From the human T2T-CHM13v2.0 reference genome, Homo sapiens: a DNA stretch of 64,000 nt. The translations under genes and the position numbers were made by a program. The stretch lies in the NCBI RefSeq assembly GCF_009914755.1, contig NC_060932.1; one strand, given 5' to 3'. The notes beneath the pieces were generated by a model. It had not been told where the DNA came from and did no database searches. It saw only the letters and a program-made list of their open reading frames with translations. Below are positions 42,600 to 58,962 of this stretch, piece after piece. The stretch's first letter is position 1. The number at the start of each line of letters is the position of its first letter.

Positions 42600-44950
42600 G
42601 TGTTGTTGCAAATGACAGGATCTCGTACTTTTTATGGCTGAATAGTATTCCACTGTGTATATGTACCACATTTTCTTTATTCATCTGTTGATGGACACTT
42701 AGGTTGCTTAACAGTGGCTATTGTGAATAGTGTTGCAATAAACATGAGAGTGTAGATATCTCTTCAATATACTGATTTCCTTTTAGTTTTTCAAGGAAAC
42801 TCCTTATTGTTTATACTGTTCTCCATAGTGCTTGTACTAATTGACATTCCCACCAACAGTGTATGAGGTTTCCCTTTTCACCACATCCTTACCAGCATTC
42901 ATTATTGCCTGTCTTTTGGATGAAAGCCATTTTAACTGGGGTGAGATGACATCTCCTTGTAGTTTAAATTTGCATGTCTCTGATGATCAGTGATGTGGAG
43001 CACCTTTTCATATACTTGTTTGCCATTTTTGAGAAATGTCTATTTTAGATCTTTTGCTCATTTCTAAATCCAATTCACAGAGTTTTTCAAACTTAGTTGT
43101 TTGAGCTCCTTATATATTCTGGTTATCAATTTCTTGTTAGGCAGAGACGCTTATTCTGTCTCCTTACTTTCCTCCAAACAAATGGAGTCTTCTCTCTATG
43201 CTGAGCTGCCTGGGTCTGGGAAAAGGGTGACATAAGCTCTCCTGTGTCCACCACCACCACTGGGACTGTGCTGCATCAGACCTGAAGCCAGCACAGCACT
43301 GAGTCTTGCCCACAGCCCGCAGTGACCACTGCCTGTCTATCTTCACTCAAGGCCCAAGGGCTCTCCAGTTAGCAGGTGGTGAATCCAGACAGGCTTGGGT
43401 CCTTCCCTTCAGGGCAGTGAGTTCCTCTCAGCCCTGGGAAGGTCCAGAGATCCTGTCAAGGAGCCCAGGCCTGGAGTTGGAAACCTTAGGAATCTACCTG
43501 GTACTCTATTCGACTGCAGCTGAGCTGGCACCCAACGCACAAGACAAAGTCCCTCCTACTCTTCCTTCCCCTTTTCTCAATTGAAGAGTCTTGTTCCATG
43601 GCCACCACTGCCCCAGGCCCACAGTGAGCATTGCCTGGCTACTCCGATATTCACTTAAGGCCAGAGGGCTCTTTAATCAGCTTGTGGTAAATGCCTTCAG
43701 GCCTGGATCTCTTCCTTCAGAACAGTGGGCTTCCCTCCGGCCCAGGGCAGGTCTAGAAATGCCATCCAGGAGCCAAAGTCTGAAACTGGGAAACCAAAGG
43801 AGTCTGCTTTGTGCTGTACTCCACTGTGGCCAAGCTGGTACACAAGCTGCAAAAGTCTCCTTTACTCTTCCCTCTCCTTTCCTCAAGCAGGAGTCTCTCC
43901 CCATAACCACCACAGCTGGGAATGTGCTGGGTCACACCTGAAGCCAGCAAGGCTCTGGGTCTCTTTGAGTCTCTGAGCCAGGGCCCAAAGCAAGTACTGC
44001 CTGGCTACCACTGCTGATTATTCAGGGCCCAAGGGCTCTTTAATGTGCAGATGATGAATCTTGCCAGCACTGGGTCTTTTCCTTCAGGGAAGCCCAGGGT
44101 GTGTCTACACGTGCTCTTCTGGCCCAGGGTGTGTCTAGACGTGCTATCTGGGAGCTAGGGCCTGGAATGTGGGCCTTAGAACTCTGTCTGGTACCCTATT
44201 CTACTGTCAGTGAGCTGACCCAAGTTGCAAGACAAAGTCCCCTTTACTCCCACTTCTCCTCTCTTCAAGCAGAGGGATGGAGTCTCTCCCAGAGCTGTGA
44301 GTTGCACTGCCTGGGGTTGGGGGAGGGGTGATGCAGACACTCCCTTGGCTGCCCTAGCTGGTGCCTCACTAGGTCAAATGTACCCCAAGTGCACCGCCTT
44401 TGAGACCAGCACAGCACCAGGACTCGTCCAGGAATTGTAATCCATATGGCCTAGACTGCCATTTCAAGTTTATTTAGGACCCCAGAGCACTTTAGCCCAT
44501 GATGGCAGGGCTTGCCCAAACTCAAGTTCCACTCACTGGCATGGATGATTTGCCTCCGACTAGGACTGGTCTAAATGTTCTGTCAGCCACCAACCGAGTT
44601 CTTCACTGTATTGCTTTCCACTGTTACACAATAGCTGAGCTCCGAGGCAACATGTCACAATCCCTGTGCTCTTCCTCCCCCAGGTGCACAGATTCTCACT
44701 CCATGCCACATATCTGCTGTGGGGTGGAGGGGAGGGTGATGTAGGCAATTCAAGACTGTCTTTCCTATCCTCTTCAGTGCCTCTTTCTTTAATATGATGC
44801 TAAAAATCAGATATTGCGATTGCTCATCTGGGTTTCTGTTCTTATGAGGATGCTTTTTTGTGTGGATAGTTGTTGGATTTGATGTTCCTGTGGGGGTGGG
44901 GGTGGCAATCATTGGAGGCTTCTATTTGGCCATCTTTCTCTGCCTCCCTC
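42600..44950 (-). mobile_element. L1M/L1MA element: 3' ORF2 region (42600-43140) fused directly to the 5'UTR (43140-44950) with three ~300-400-bp internal monomers
   Basis: Antisense L1 3' motifs (tatggctgaatagtattcc, cattcccaccaacagtg), then repeated ggcccaagggctct...caagacaaagtccc units typical of L1M2-type 5' ends. Confidence 0.85.
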
Positions 44951-45541
44951 TCTGATTATTTTATTTTTGAGAGTTCTCAGGAGGCTATATGATGCAATTC
45001 ATGATATCTCTTACTACACTTGTAAAATGCTTTGCACATAAGTAAACTATAGAGCAGTATACAAATGGATATTGGTGTTTAGTTATTTTTGACCAATTGT
45101 TCTCAATATTAGCTTAAAAATATGACATACTATCTTACGTAATGTTTTAAATAAAGATATATATGGAAAAAGATGACAAATTCAGATCAGTTCTACTTTT
45201 CCTATATAATGATTAAATTGTACCATGTTTTAAATGGTGCTTACGTATAATTAATTAATTATTATTTGATCTATGCCGTAGATCCTTGCCCAAGTTTTTG
45301 GAACATGGACTTTGGATGGAGATCTGGATGCAAGGACTTTAGAGTGGAATGAACCAGGGGATTCCACCTGAATTCATGTGAGAGAAGTGGGACTGGGAAG
45401 AAAGAGAAGGTGAACTGCAATGCAAGTTAAAAGGAAGCCTCAGAAATCCATGGGAAGCTCTGAAACTGGAGTGACTGTTCAGAGATAGTTTAAGTGGAAG
45501 TACAAGGCCCACTTATATTTCAGCATCAACCAGCCACTCTG

Positions 45542-45774
45542 TGAACACAGATGTGAGGGTGGGAATATACAATCCAGGAATGATCGCAGATGTGAGGGTG
45601 GGAATATACAATCCAGGAATGAACACAGATGTGAGGGTGGGAATATACAATCCAGGAATGAACACAGATGTGAGGGTGGGAATATACAATCCAGGAATGA
45701 ACACAGATGTGAGGGTGGGAATATACAGTCCAGGAATGAACACAGATGTGAGGGTGGGAATATACAATCCAGGG
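45542..45774 (+). repeat. 39-bp minisatellite (VNTR), six copies
   Basis: Unit tgaacacagatgtgagggtgggaatatacaatccaggaa; nearly identical copies. Confidence 0.98.
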
Positions 45775-45802
45775 AGGGGGCTCCCTTCAGGTAAAAGTAT
45801 TA

Positions 45803-45883
45803 TTAGATTGGTGCAAAAGTAATCGCAAAAGGTATTTTGCCACTTTTAATGGCAAAAACGCAGTTAATTTTGCACCAACCTAA
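45803..45883. mobile_element. MADE1 (Hsmar1-derived MITE)
   Basis: ta|ttagattggtgcaaaagtaa...ttaattttgcaccaacctaa palindromic terminal inverted repeats. Confidence 0.92.
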
Positions 45884-46754
45884 ATACCTGGGAGGGACTC
45901 GGCTTTTGCTTAACAGTAGCCTATATTTCTGGCAGAGAGAGAAAAATAGATCACAGTCCAGAGGAAGAATCTATATAGCATACCCAGCCAATCTCTGTTA
46001 AATCTAGAATAATTTTCACCAATTTTTTTCTATTCTGAGTAAAGTTGAAATCATAGAACAACATAGCATGACAGAACCTTGGAGATTATTTAATTCCACG
46101 TCCTCATTTGATTGATGCATTAACATTAAGTATATTTTTAAGGACATAAAATATATACAGGATTAAAATCAAAATGATGTAGACTTTTTCTTGACCTCTT
46201 GACTCTTATTTTCTACTTTATTAGCACAGATAATTTTTGAAGTTGTGGGTTTTAGTCAAAGATTTGAGTTTAAAATGGGCCTGTACTATTAACTGGATGC
46301 AGTATATAATTGATAATTTTAAAATGTTTCCTGAATAAGTAATTTAATAAAAGGAAAATTCATACAATAGCCCTGAAGAGCAGGAGGCATGAAATAGCCA
46401 GCAGTACTAGCTACATGATCCTCAGTTTCTTCCTAAGTGCACATAATATTAACCTTGTGTTATGATTGTGTGAATAAATTAAGATGTGCTAAGTGCTTTT
46501 CTTAATGTTTATCATGTGGTCACTGCTTGTTGAATTCAAGTTGCCTACTGCAAATTCCTCTATGTGAGCTTTAATGCCTGAATCCAGCTTGGAGACTGAT
46601 ATGAATAAGCCATGAATTAACTACAAAAATGATCATTATGGCCTCAACTTTGTACAATGAATGTCAATTGTTAGTTTAAATTGGCCACTCTGTAAGATCA
46701 GACATCCATAGCCACATAATGACCATATTCATGACCAATCTGGCCTTACTCTCC

Positions 46755-46812
46755 CTAACAAACTTTGAATTTATGACTTCCTAACCAACTTTGAATTAAT
46801 GACTTTCTAACA
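46755..46812 (+). repeat. 26-bp tandem repeat, ~2.2 copies
   Basis: ctaacaaactttgaatttatgacttc ctaaccaactttgaattaatgacttt ctaaca. Confidence 0.85.
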
Positions 46813-47062
46813 TATCCTCAATTGTAGTGGCCATGGTCTATTCACTTTCCTATGCTTGCCACATCAATTTCTCCTTCCAGCCACGAAGTATGACGGTCCA
46901 CACTAGTCTACTCCAGGAAATGAATGGTCACCTCCTTCTTATAGAGCCACATCTGAATGTCTTTTATCCCTTTTGCACACAAGGGGTCTATGCATTATTT
47001 CATTTCCTGTATTTCTTTATATTCTCTGAAGTCTTTTAGCATTTACTAATACATTGTATCCT

Positions 47063-48350
47063 CTTTTTTAAATCAGATGTTTGGGAGTAATTTATATATA
47101 GTAAAATTCTACTTCTGATTGTACCATTTGATGAACTTTGACAAATTTACACTGTCCTTTAACTAACACTACCATCAAGTTATAGAACATTTCCCTCACC
47201 ACAAAAGAAAGTTTCCTTATGACTCTTTGTAGTTACTCCTGTACTCTCCCACCCCAACACCTGACCTTGAACCTATTTTCTGTCTCCATAGTTTTTGCCT
47301 TGTTCAGATGTCATTTAAATGGAACTGTACAATATATGTGTCTTCTGGCATTATGCCTTTTGGATGTTTCCATATTGTTCTATGTATTGATAGTTTATTT
47401 TAATGGTTAAGTAGCATTTCATTATACAAAAATGCCACAATTTGTTTATATATTTACAAAACCGATGGCTATTCAGCTTTGCTCCAGATTTTGGCTCCTA
47501 TGAATAAGGTTTATGTATTTACATTCAGATCATTTTATGGAGAAATTTTTCTTTGGAAATAATTCTGAATTAGAGTGCTGGGTTACAAAGTAGGTGTATG
47601 TGTAACAGGATATGGAAATGCCAATCATTTTTCCAAAATGCCTGTACCATTTTGCATTACCACAAGCAATGTATGAGTGTTGTAGTTGCACCACATATTC
47701 ACCAAACTTGGTATTGTCAATGATATTTTTCAAACTTTAGATATCAAGTAGGTATGTAGTGACATGTCATTGTGGTTTTAATTTGCATTTTCCTAATGAC
47801 TAATGATTTTGAGCATCTTTTCATGCCATTCATACTCTTTGGTGGAGTGTCTATTCAAATCTATTGCTTATTTTAAGAATTATCTTCATATTAATTCCTA
47901 AAAGTATGTATATATTCTAAAATGCCTTTATTAAATAGGTGTTTTGCCCATTTTTCTCTCCTAGTCTATAGCTTGTCTTTTCAATCTATTAACAGTATAT
48001 TTTGGGAAGCAGAAATTTTTACTTTTGAAGAAGCACAATTTATTTTTTTCTAAGTTATTTATGTTCATATCCTGTTTAAGAAACCTCTGCCTAATCAGTA
48101 GCCATGAAAGTTTCCCCCATGTTTTGTTTTAGAACTATTGTAAATTCAGCTCTTATATATTCAAGTTAATCATCCATTTAGTTGTTCCCTGTCTAAGACA
48201 TGAGTTAAGGGCTGAGGCTCATTTTTTTGTACATGATGTCCAGTTGTTTCAGTACTATTTGTTTCAGTACTATTTAGTGCTTAAAACCATTCTTCCCCCT
48301 TTGAATTACCTTGGTACCTATTTTTTGTAAAACAATAGAATATATATGTA
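47063..48350 (-). mobile_element. Old L1 (L1MB-ME range) 3' end
   Basis: tatagaacatttccctcacc..., cattgtggttttaatttgcattttcctaatgactaatg; minus-strand ORF ACGNAKWYRHFGK. Confidence 0.82.
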
Positions 48351-50039
48351 CAGGTTTTTACCTTTCATTTTGGATTAGTGGAGAGATCAAAATTTTGGAA
48401 TTATATTAGAATTTAAACCCTGTCTCTATCATTTTCTAGCTGTTTTTCCAAGTCCGTTTATCATAAATCTGTGTCCTGATCTAGGAAAAGGTGAGTATAA
48501 TATGTGACTTTTGAGGTTTTTTAAAAAAAGTCTGTGAAACAAGTAAGATACATCAATTCTTTTTGTGTCTAGCAGATACAAAATACTGGTATGTCTGTTT
48601 CTTTCTAACAATTTGTGAATCTTTCTTTCCTAATTAGATTGGTAGCCTCTTAAAGACAGGGGCTAATTTTGCTACCCTTACAACAGGAGCCACAAACTCC
48701 AGCATAGAAGTTGTGAAGACACTGAAGGAGGTTTGAGTCTTCCAAGAAGGTATTGAAGGGAATGATCAATGATGTGTAAGCAAATTATTAAACTAATCCA
48801 GGCTCAAGGGATGTCAAGAATGTTGGGATGTGACTACACTCTTGAATAAGACACAGTGCTTTGTGTCACCTCTTCTTTGTTCAACAGGACAAGAAATCAA
48901 ACATGAATCCTAGTGGTTCAGACCAAGGGTTTGATGGCATTTTTTTCTTTAAAAGCCACTATATTATTTTACAAGGTTTTTTCTCTCCATTCTGAACGCT
49001 TGAAATTAAATGTTTATTTAAAATGCACAAAATTCCCATCCATAAATCAGGCAGTGTTGATGATTACTTCAGGAAGGTTTTATGTAAGAAGAGGCAAGAG
49101 TTCATTGCTCTCAAGGAATTTGTTATTTAAACTAGATGCAGCTATGTTTCAAGGACAGATTGTTGAACTGAAAGTCAAATAGTTCAGCTCAAATTCCACT
49201 TCTGGCTTTTAATAGAAAACAAGTTGTTGACCAGCCTTAATGTCAACTTTATTATTGGTAAATTGGCGCTAATTTCACCTTAAAAGCTCTTTGCAAGTCT
49301 GAATGAGATAATGTGAAAGCACTTTGTAATCATTAGTATCCTATACAAATATAACTCATTGTTATTAATAAGACTCAAAGCCAACTTTAGAAAAGACTAT
49401 GTTACTTGTTGATCAATGAAAATGACCCCTGGAGACCTCCTTCCCCAAATCAACCCACATTCTACTAAGATGTAATACTAGTTGTCATTTAACCATATGT
49501 AACCCATTGCTTTATGTTAAGTAAGCCTTTTCAGGTTTTCATTTAAAATGGAAATGCCTCTCAGAAGAGGAGAGTAATAATTAAAGTCACAGCTTGCAGT
49601 GAATAGGTCTCAAGGACCTTTATTTTGATTATAGCAGTAATTTCATGAGAATATATATCAACAGTTAAGAATGTATGTGATATGCAATTCATTGTATGTC
49701 GATTGTATCTCAAGAAACCCGTTAAAGAAATGTCAGATTTCTTCCATTTAACCAATAAATATCTACTGAGCATCTAACATGAACTATCCAAGATACAGGT
49801 GATAGGTTAGTAAGACGGAATGGTCCTGATAGGTTCAGATCTTATGGAGAATATAGATTCTAAGAAGCCACTACTGTAAAATTTTATGTATGTTATACTA
49901 TGATAAGTACAAGTTATTCCAAGAACATAGACATAACTTATTAAAGATTGTGTTGTCAATATTCAACACAACACCATGCAGTTCTAACCATGCAGGTCAG
50001 CAAATCCTCTAGGTCACTTACGAATTTGTTGCAGTTTCT

Positions 50040-50463
50040 ATATATTCAAGTGGATTTGTACCTTATGCCCCTGCATTTTGCTGCCTTAGGGTTTTCCTTG
50101 GTTGCAGGGACATGATCAGTTATCACATGGGGCAGGCTTAAAAAGCCAGAGGTAAAGAGAGAATGCAGACAATAAACTATGAGAATTGCTGTATAAATCC
50201 CCAACTTTCTTGCCATCTTGTGGGACAATTCTAAGCTATTTTCCATATGATTTCTCAGACTAGCCCAGAGATGGAGACCTAGTCACCCACTCTGGTAAAC
50301 TCTCCATTAATACACCATTTAGAGCTGTGGTGTATTGCACCTCCCTTCCTGCTTTTAGGTCCCTACTTCCTCATTATGCTTCCCAGGATCACCTTCGCTA
50401 AGATCTACATGTACACAAACTCTGGTCCTGGGGTCCGATTTTTAAAGACCCTAAATTAAAGCA
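50040..50463 (+). mobile_element. ERVL-type LTR (family uncertain)
   Basis: gcttcccaggatcaccttc...gaccctaaattaaagca 3' signature. Confidence 0.4.
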
Positions 50464-52466
50464 TTTCTTAAATTGGTATTATTTTAATGTATTTTATATT
50501 TTATATAATTTTTTGCTGTGCGGAAAATAGTTTGTAGGGAACGTGCCCAATTTCACGCAGATAGATAAGTAGTAGGTGGACACAAATCTCTTTTCTTTGT
50601 GCTGTAGAGCTTTCCTGAGAATATAGCATTAGACGTATGTTGAACAGATTCACAGATACAAGTGGGCTATGATGGAGGCAATGTTTAAGTGGCAGTAAAT
50701 CCATGCTTTTTTCTTGCTTCTGCCTCTAACTGGCTGGGACATCCTAGGCAAGATAGTTGCTATCACTGGGCATTAGCTTTTCCATCTGTAAAATTAGGAT
50801 ATTGGTCCAGATATTCTCTCAGGATTCTTTCTGTTCTAGCATCTTATAATCCTACAATTATATTAACTCAGAATTAATTTTTTCAAAATACACATGTGGG
50901 AACTTTTCAGAGATACTTGTTGACCTCAGAAAATATATTAAACAAGGTTTGTTGGACAGTGGGTTTAAAACCAGTCATGTCTTACATAGCATTCCTCATT
51001 TTAGGTTGCTGTTTATCTGTAGTAATGAACAGTAATTTAGGTTACTGAAAGATAATCATATAATTTAAATGAGATATTTCCTTAGAAACAAAATACTGGT
51101 TCAAACTTCAGTTCTGTGACAGTGTGACTAGGATCTTGCATGTCTCCTGATATTTTTCACCATTTCCTAAAACTATTAATGGAAGTAATAATACTAATAT
51201 CCATTTTCAATTGTTATGAGGATCAAAGAATGAATATAACTGATCATTACCTAAGAATTCCATATACATCAGCTTTTGTTAAAATGTGCATATAAATCTT
51301 TACTTTGATCCTTTATTAATTTTGTGTGTTAGGGAAAAAATTAGCAAAGAGGAAATATAACATGTACTGAAATGATAAATAAGCTTTGGTTTAGAAAACT
51401 AATATGATGGGAATGTGAATCTTTTGCTCTGGGAACTCTGTTCCCTCATATTGAAAACAATAGACAAAAATTCAAGCTGTTATATACATTTTGGTGAGAA
51501 CAAAAACTTTCAATCTCTACCATTTCTTCCTCTATGGACCAATGCTAACTTCTGGGTTTTAGGCCTAAACCACTCACCTTTCTTTGTAAATATAAGGAAA
51601 GAATTAAATTAACAAATATTCTAAAAAGTCATGTGGTCAGTACATGACATAAATTGTACTTAATGCTCATAAAGACACTGTGAAGTGGCTATACTATGTA
51701 TTTTTCAAATGAGGAGTCTGAGGTTGAGAGAGAAAATTTGTTTTGCTCAGGATCATATATCTGGCTGTTAGAGATAAAAATTCAAACTCAGATCCATCTG
51801 GCACTTGCTGATAATTTATCCAATCTCTGGTTACTGTAGGGCAACATTTAGATTAATGGAACTCTGTCTGGAAAATGTACAAACAGCATAATTATAGATG
51901 AAGAGAATCTCTGAAAAGATTTGTTTTTAAGGTCCCTATCAAAATAATATTAAACCTCAAACCCAGGTCCTCTCTGGTCCTACTCTGATTCAAATAGCAA
52001 CAGGAGTTGGAGGTTATTAGAGATGAATTACTCTCTAGAGAAGGAAACAACTACTGGTGCCGTTCAAGATGCATTTATCTTGCCTTTCTACTAAACTGCC
52101 ATCAGGCAGATATACTTATTTTCCACCCAAGGGGCAATGACTTCAAAAGAAAAACTAATTTTCTACACTACTGAATTGAAAAGATTGAATATTCAATATT
52201 TAGAAGCTTATGAAATCCAGTGTTAGTACTTGAATCTGTTATAGGCTGTAAAATATTACTTAGAGCCTTTGTGATTTTATAGTTATATAATTATTACAAA
52301 AAATTAATGCTAAATATAATCAAGATGTTAAGGAATTTGATTTTATAATGAGCTCTATAACTAAGAGTGGTGTAGAAACACAGCACCGTACATATTTTAT
52401 TCTTGGTTTCTGTTGAAACATTTTGGGGAACAACTAACATTTTTTAAAGATTTAAGACTATAGCTT

Positions 52467-52503
52467 CCATCAATAGCACAGCTGGTAGAACAGAAGACTA
52501 TAG
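52467..52503 (+). pseudogene. tRNA-Tyr 5'-half retropseudogene (tailless type)
   Basis: ccatcaatagcacagctggtagaacagaagactatag aligns ungapped at 30/37 to recalled tRNA-Tyr nt 1-37 CCTTCGATAGCTCAGCTGGTAGAGCGGAGGACTGTAG; direct repeat aagactatag at 52454-52463 and 52494-52503. Confidence 0.75.
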
Positions 52504-56240
<3,737 letters not shown>

Positions 56241-56329
56241 AAAACTTAAGAGTACAAAAAAGTTACAGGGAAAAGCCTATATTTGGAGGAGGAATGTCAG
56301 ATCATGTCATGACTAGTATTCTGTTCAAT

Positions 56330-58250
56330 TTAATTGATTCCTTCCAAACATGCACATATTCTTTCACTTATTATGAATATTAATTCATCACTCCCTATGT
56401 TTTTGGCAAAGTTCTAGATCCTGGATTGCAAATTTAAATACGGTGATAAGGAAGAGTCTTAATCAGAAAGTATCATTTGAGCAAACACCTGAAATAAGAA
56501 AGTGAGTCATATAGATGTGTATGTGTTCCTTGGGCGGGGGAAGTGCGTAATTGAAGGCAAGGGAAGCTGCAAGTATAAAGACCCTGAGTTTGAAATGTAA
56601 TAGCATGGGAAATGTAATAGTATACATTTGAAATGTAATAGTTGGGAAGAGTATGGGAATAGTTGAGAAGATGGGAAGAGTTGAAATGTAATAGCATGGG
56701 ATGAAATAGCATGAAATGTAATAGTATGGGAATAGTTGGGAATATGGGAAGAGTTGGGAATAGTTGGGAAGAGTATTTCAAATATACATTTGAAATGTAA
56801 TAGTTGGGAAGAGTATGCAGATCAAATGTGGTTAGAATGGATTGAGAAAGTAGGGAAGTATTAAGAAAGATGATCATTTGGCCATTAACAGGAGCCAGAT
56901 CATATAGAGCTTGGAGTACATTGTAATGACTTTGGATTTTATTCTAAGCAACAGAAAGAAAGAAGCATTATAGAGTTTTAGATTAGAGATTTTAAAGAGA
57001 TCAATTTAGCTCCTCTGTTGAAATTAGACTGTGGCAGAATAGGGAAAGGACAGAAGAAGGTGTTCTACATGGGCAATATTTGTAGTAATCTAGGTGAAAC
57101 AGAATGATGATGTGGCCAAAGTGGAAGCATTGTAAGTAACAAAAAGTGATTGCATTATGCATTTCTTTTGAATGTAAACTTAAGCAATAATAAGGATAGA
57201 TTGGATATGAGATATTGGACAAAGATAGAAGTCAAAGATGATGTGACTCCAAGTTTTGTGAAAGGATGGACTTGTTATAAATTTGATGAACACAGTAAGG
57301 ATTTTTCTTTTTTGGTGTGGCATGGGTATGAGAAGGAATCAGGAGTTCAGTTTAGTATGAGATTCTATTAGACAAAAGAGTGGAGATATTGTTTATATAT
57401 TGAATATATAAGTCTCAAGAATAACAGAGAGGTTCTCATTATAAACATGCATTTGGAAGCTTTCAGTAAATATATATTATCTAAAGACGTGAAATTTGAT
57501 GAGATCATTAAGGAAGTATATGAAGAAAGACAAGTTAAGAAGCGTAAGGAAATGCTTCAGAGCACTTAGTTGTTAAAGTCTCACCTCATCTTTTAAGGCA
57601 TGAAAAAGGAAAAGGAGAAGAGACTGAGAATTAAGAGCTAACACTGTAGGAAAAAAAATAAATAAATAAGGACAGTGTGATGTCCTGGACACCAAGGAAG
57701 GAGTGTTTCAGGGTGGAGTGTTAAATGATTTTGATAGATAAACATGTGAGGAGTGAGAATTACATCAGCAATATCGAAGTCATTGGTGACACTGACAAGG
57801 GTAATTTTTTTGTGATGCAGTAAGAAAGGCAAAATTCTGTTTGTAGTGGTGGATTTAGGAGAGAATAGGAAATGAGGAGCTGGAGACTGTCAATATGGAT
57901 GATTCTTTAAAAGAACTTGGCTTTAAAGAGAGCAGAAGAATTGAGATGATGTCAGGAGGATGGAAGTGAAATCAAGAGAAGTTCCCTTGTAATAAAATGT
58001 GAGAAATAACAGTGTGTGTATGCTGATAGGATTAATTCAAGAGATAAAATTGAGATACAAGGTGGGGGGCAGTTGATAGGGCAGCATTCTTGCGTATGTA
58101 AAAAGTAATCGCTAAGAGAGGAAGAGGCAAAGCTTAACTAGGGGTATGAATGGCTTATCCACTCTAAAGTGGGAGAAAGCAGATTATGCAGACATTGATA
58201 TTATAAACTAAACAGATACAGAAGTAGGAGTTTATGGAAATTCTGTTATG
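56330..58250 (-). mobile_element. L2 (long diverged fragment)
   Basis: gccagatcatatagagc...gactttggattttattctaag, aggagttcagttt, gtgatgtcctggacaccaagg. Confidence 0.7.
56589..56817 (+). repeat. Aperiodic patchwork repeat inside L2
   Basis: Six copies of gaaatgtaatag interleaved with catggg, ttgggaagag and aatagt modules. Confidence 0.9.
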
Positions 58251-58269
58251 AATGACTGTATGAGAAACC

Positions 58270-58372
58270 GGTGTTTTATGGCTGTCTTTGCCCTACATGA
58301 TAGAGATAATATGATCCTCAAAGCCTAAAATATCTACTGTTTGGACCTTTTTGGATAAATATTTGCTAATCT
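58270..58372 (+). mobile_element. MER58-like hAT fragment
   Basis: caaagcctaaaatatctactgtttggaccttt...tttgctaa. Confidence 0.55.
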
Positions 58373-58739
58373 TTTAAAGAGACTGGAACTACAGAGTTCC
58401 AGCTTAGTCATTTATTCAAAAAATCTTTAATAAGCGTCTATTATATACCAGGTTCTTTGCAAGGTAGTAAAATAAAAAACACTATAGAAATTGAATTACC
58501 TCTGTTCTTCCATTCTTGTTCCCGCTTGTGATGTCTGATTGTTTTCCTCAACACACGATTAAAGCAAAGCAGCTCCTGCCAAGATCATTGCTGATAAATG
58601 CCCTGAACACTGTACTGTCTTGTATCTTATTTGTTCTTTTGGCAAATTTTGAGCATATTGACACATATATAGACTGGATGGACCCACATTCTAAAGACCT
58701 TAAAATCATCCTTCCATCCCTCTTTTCCTTTCTCTCTCT

Positions 58740-58962
58740 GTTTTACTAATATATAATAATTGTACCTATTTATGGAGTGCAAGTGATGTTTTGATGCATG
58801 CATACAATGTATAATGATTAAATTTGGGTAATTAGGATATCCATCACTGCAAACAGTTATCATTTCTTTGGGTTGGGGACATTTCAAATCTTTTCTTCTA
58901 GCTATTTTGAAATATACAATAAATTATTGTTAACTATAGTCACTGTATTGTGTTATAGAACT
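58740..58962 (-). mobile_element. L1MA 3' stub
   Basis: ataattgtacctatttatggag...atatccatcac...ttttgaaatatacaataaattattgttaactatagtcac. Confidence 0.85.

Larger units (their letters stand above)
45270..45990 (-). mobile_element. LTR16-like LTR hosting a VNTR and a MADE1
   Basis: gaaggtgaactgcaatgcaag...atgggaagctctgaaactgg antisense LTR16 motifs. Confidence 0.5.

Noticed and set aside
43164-44912. GC-richer island with dense overlapping ORFs and ~300-400-bp repeats
   Set aside because: It matches the monomer-repeat 5'UTR of an old L1M element, is CpG-depleted, and shows no coherent coding frame.
45513-45822. CRISPR-like array or repeat protein
   Set aside because: The units are contiguous with no unique spacers, so this is an ordinary minisatellite. 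The ORFs follow from the 39-bp period.
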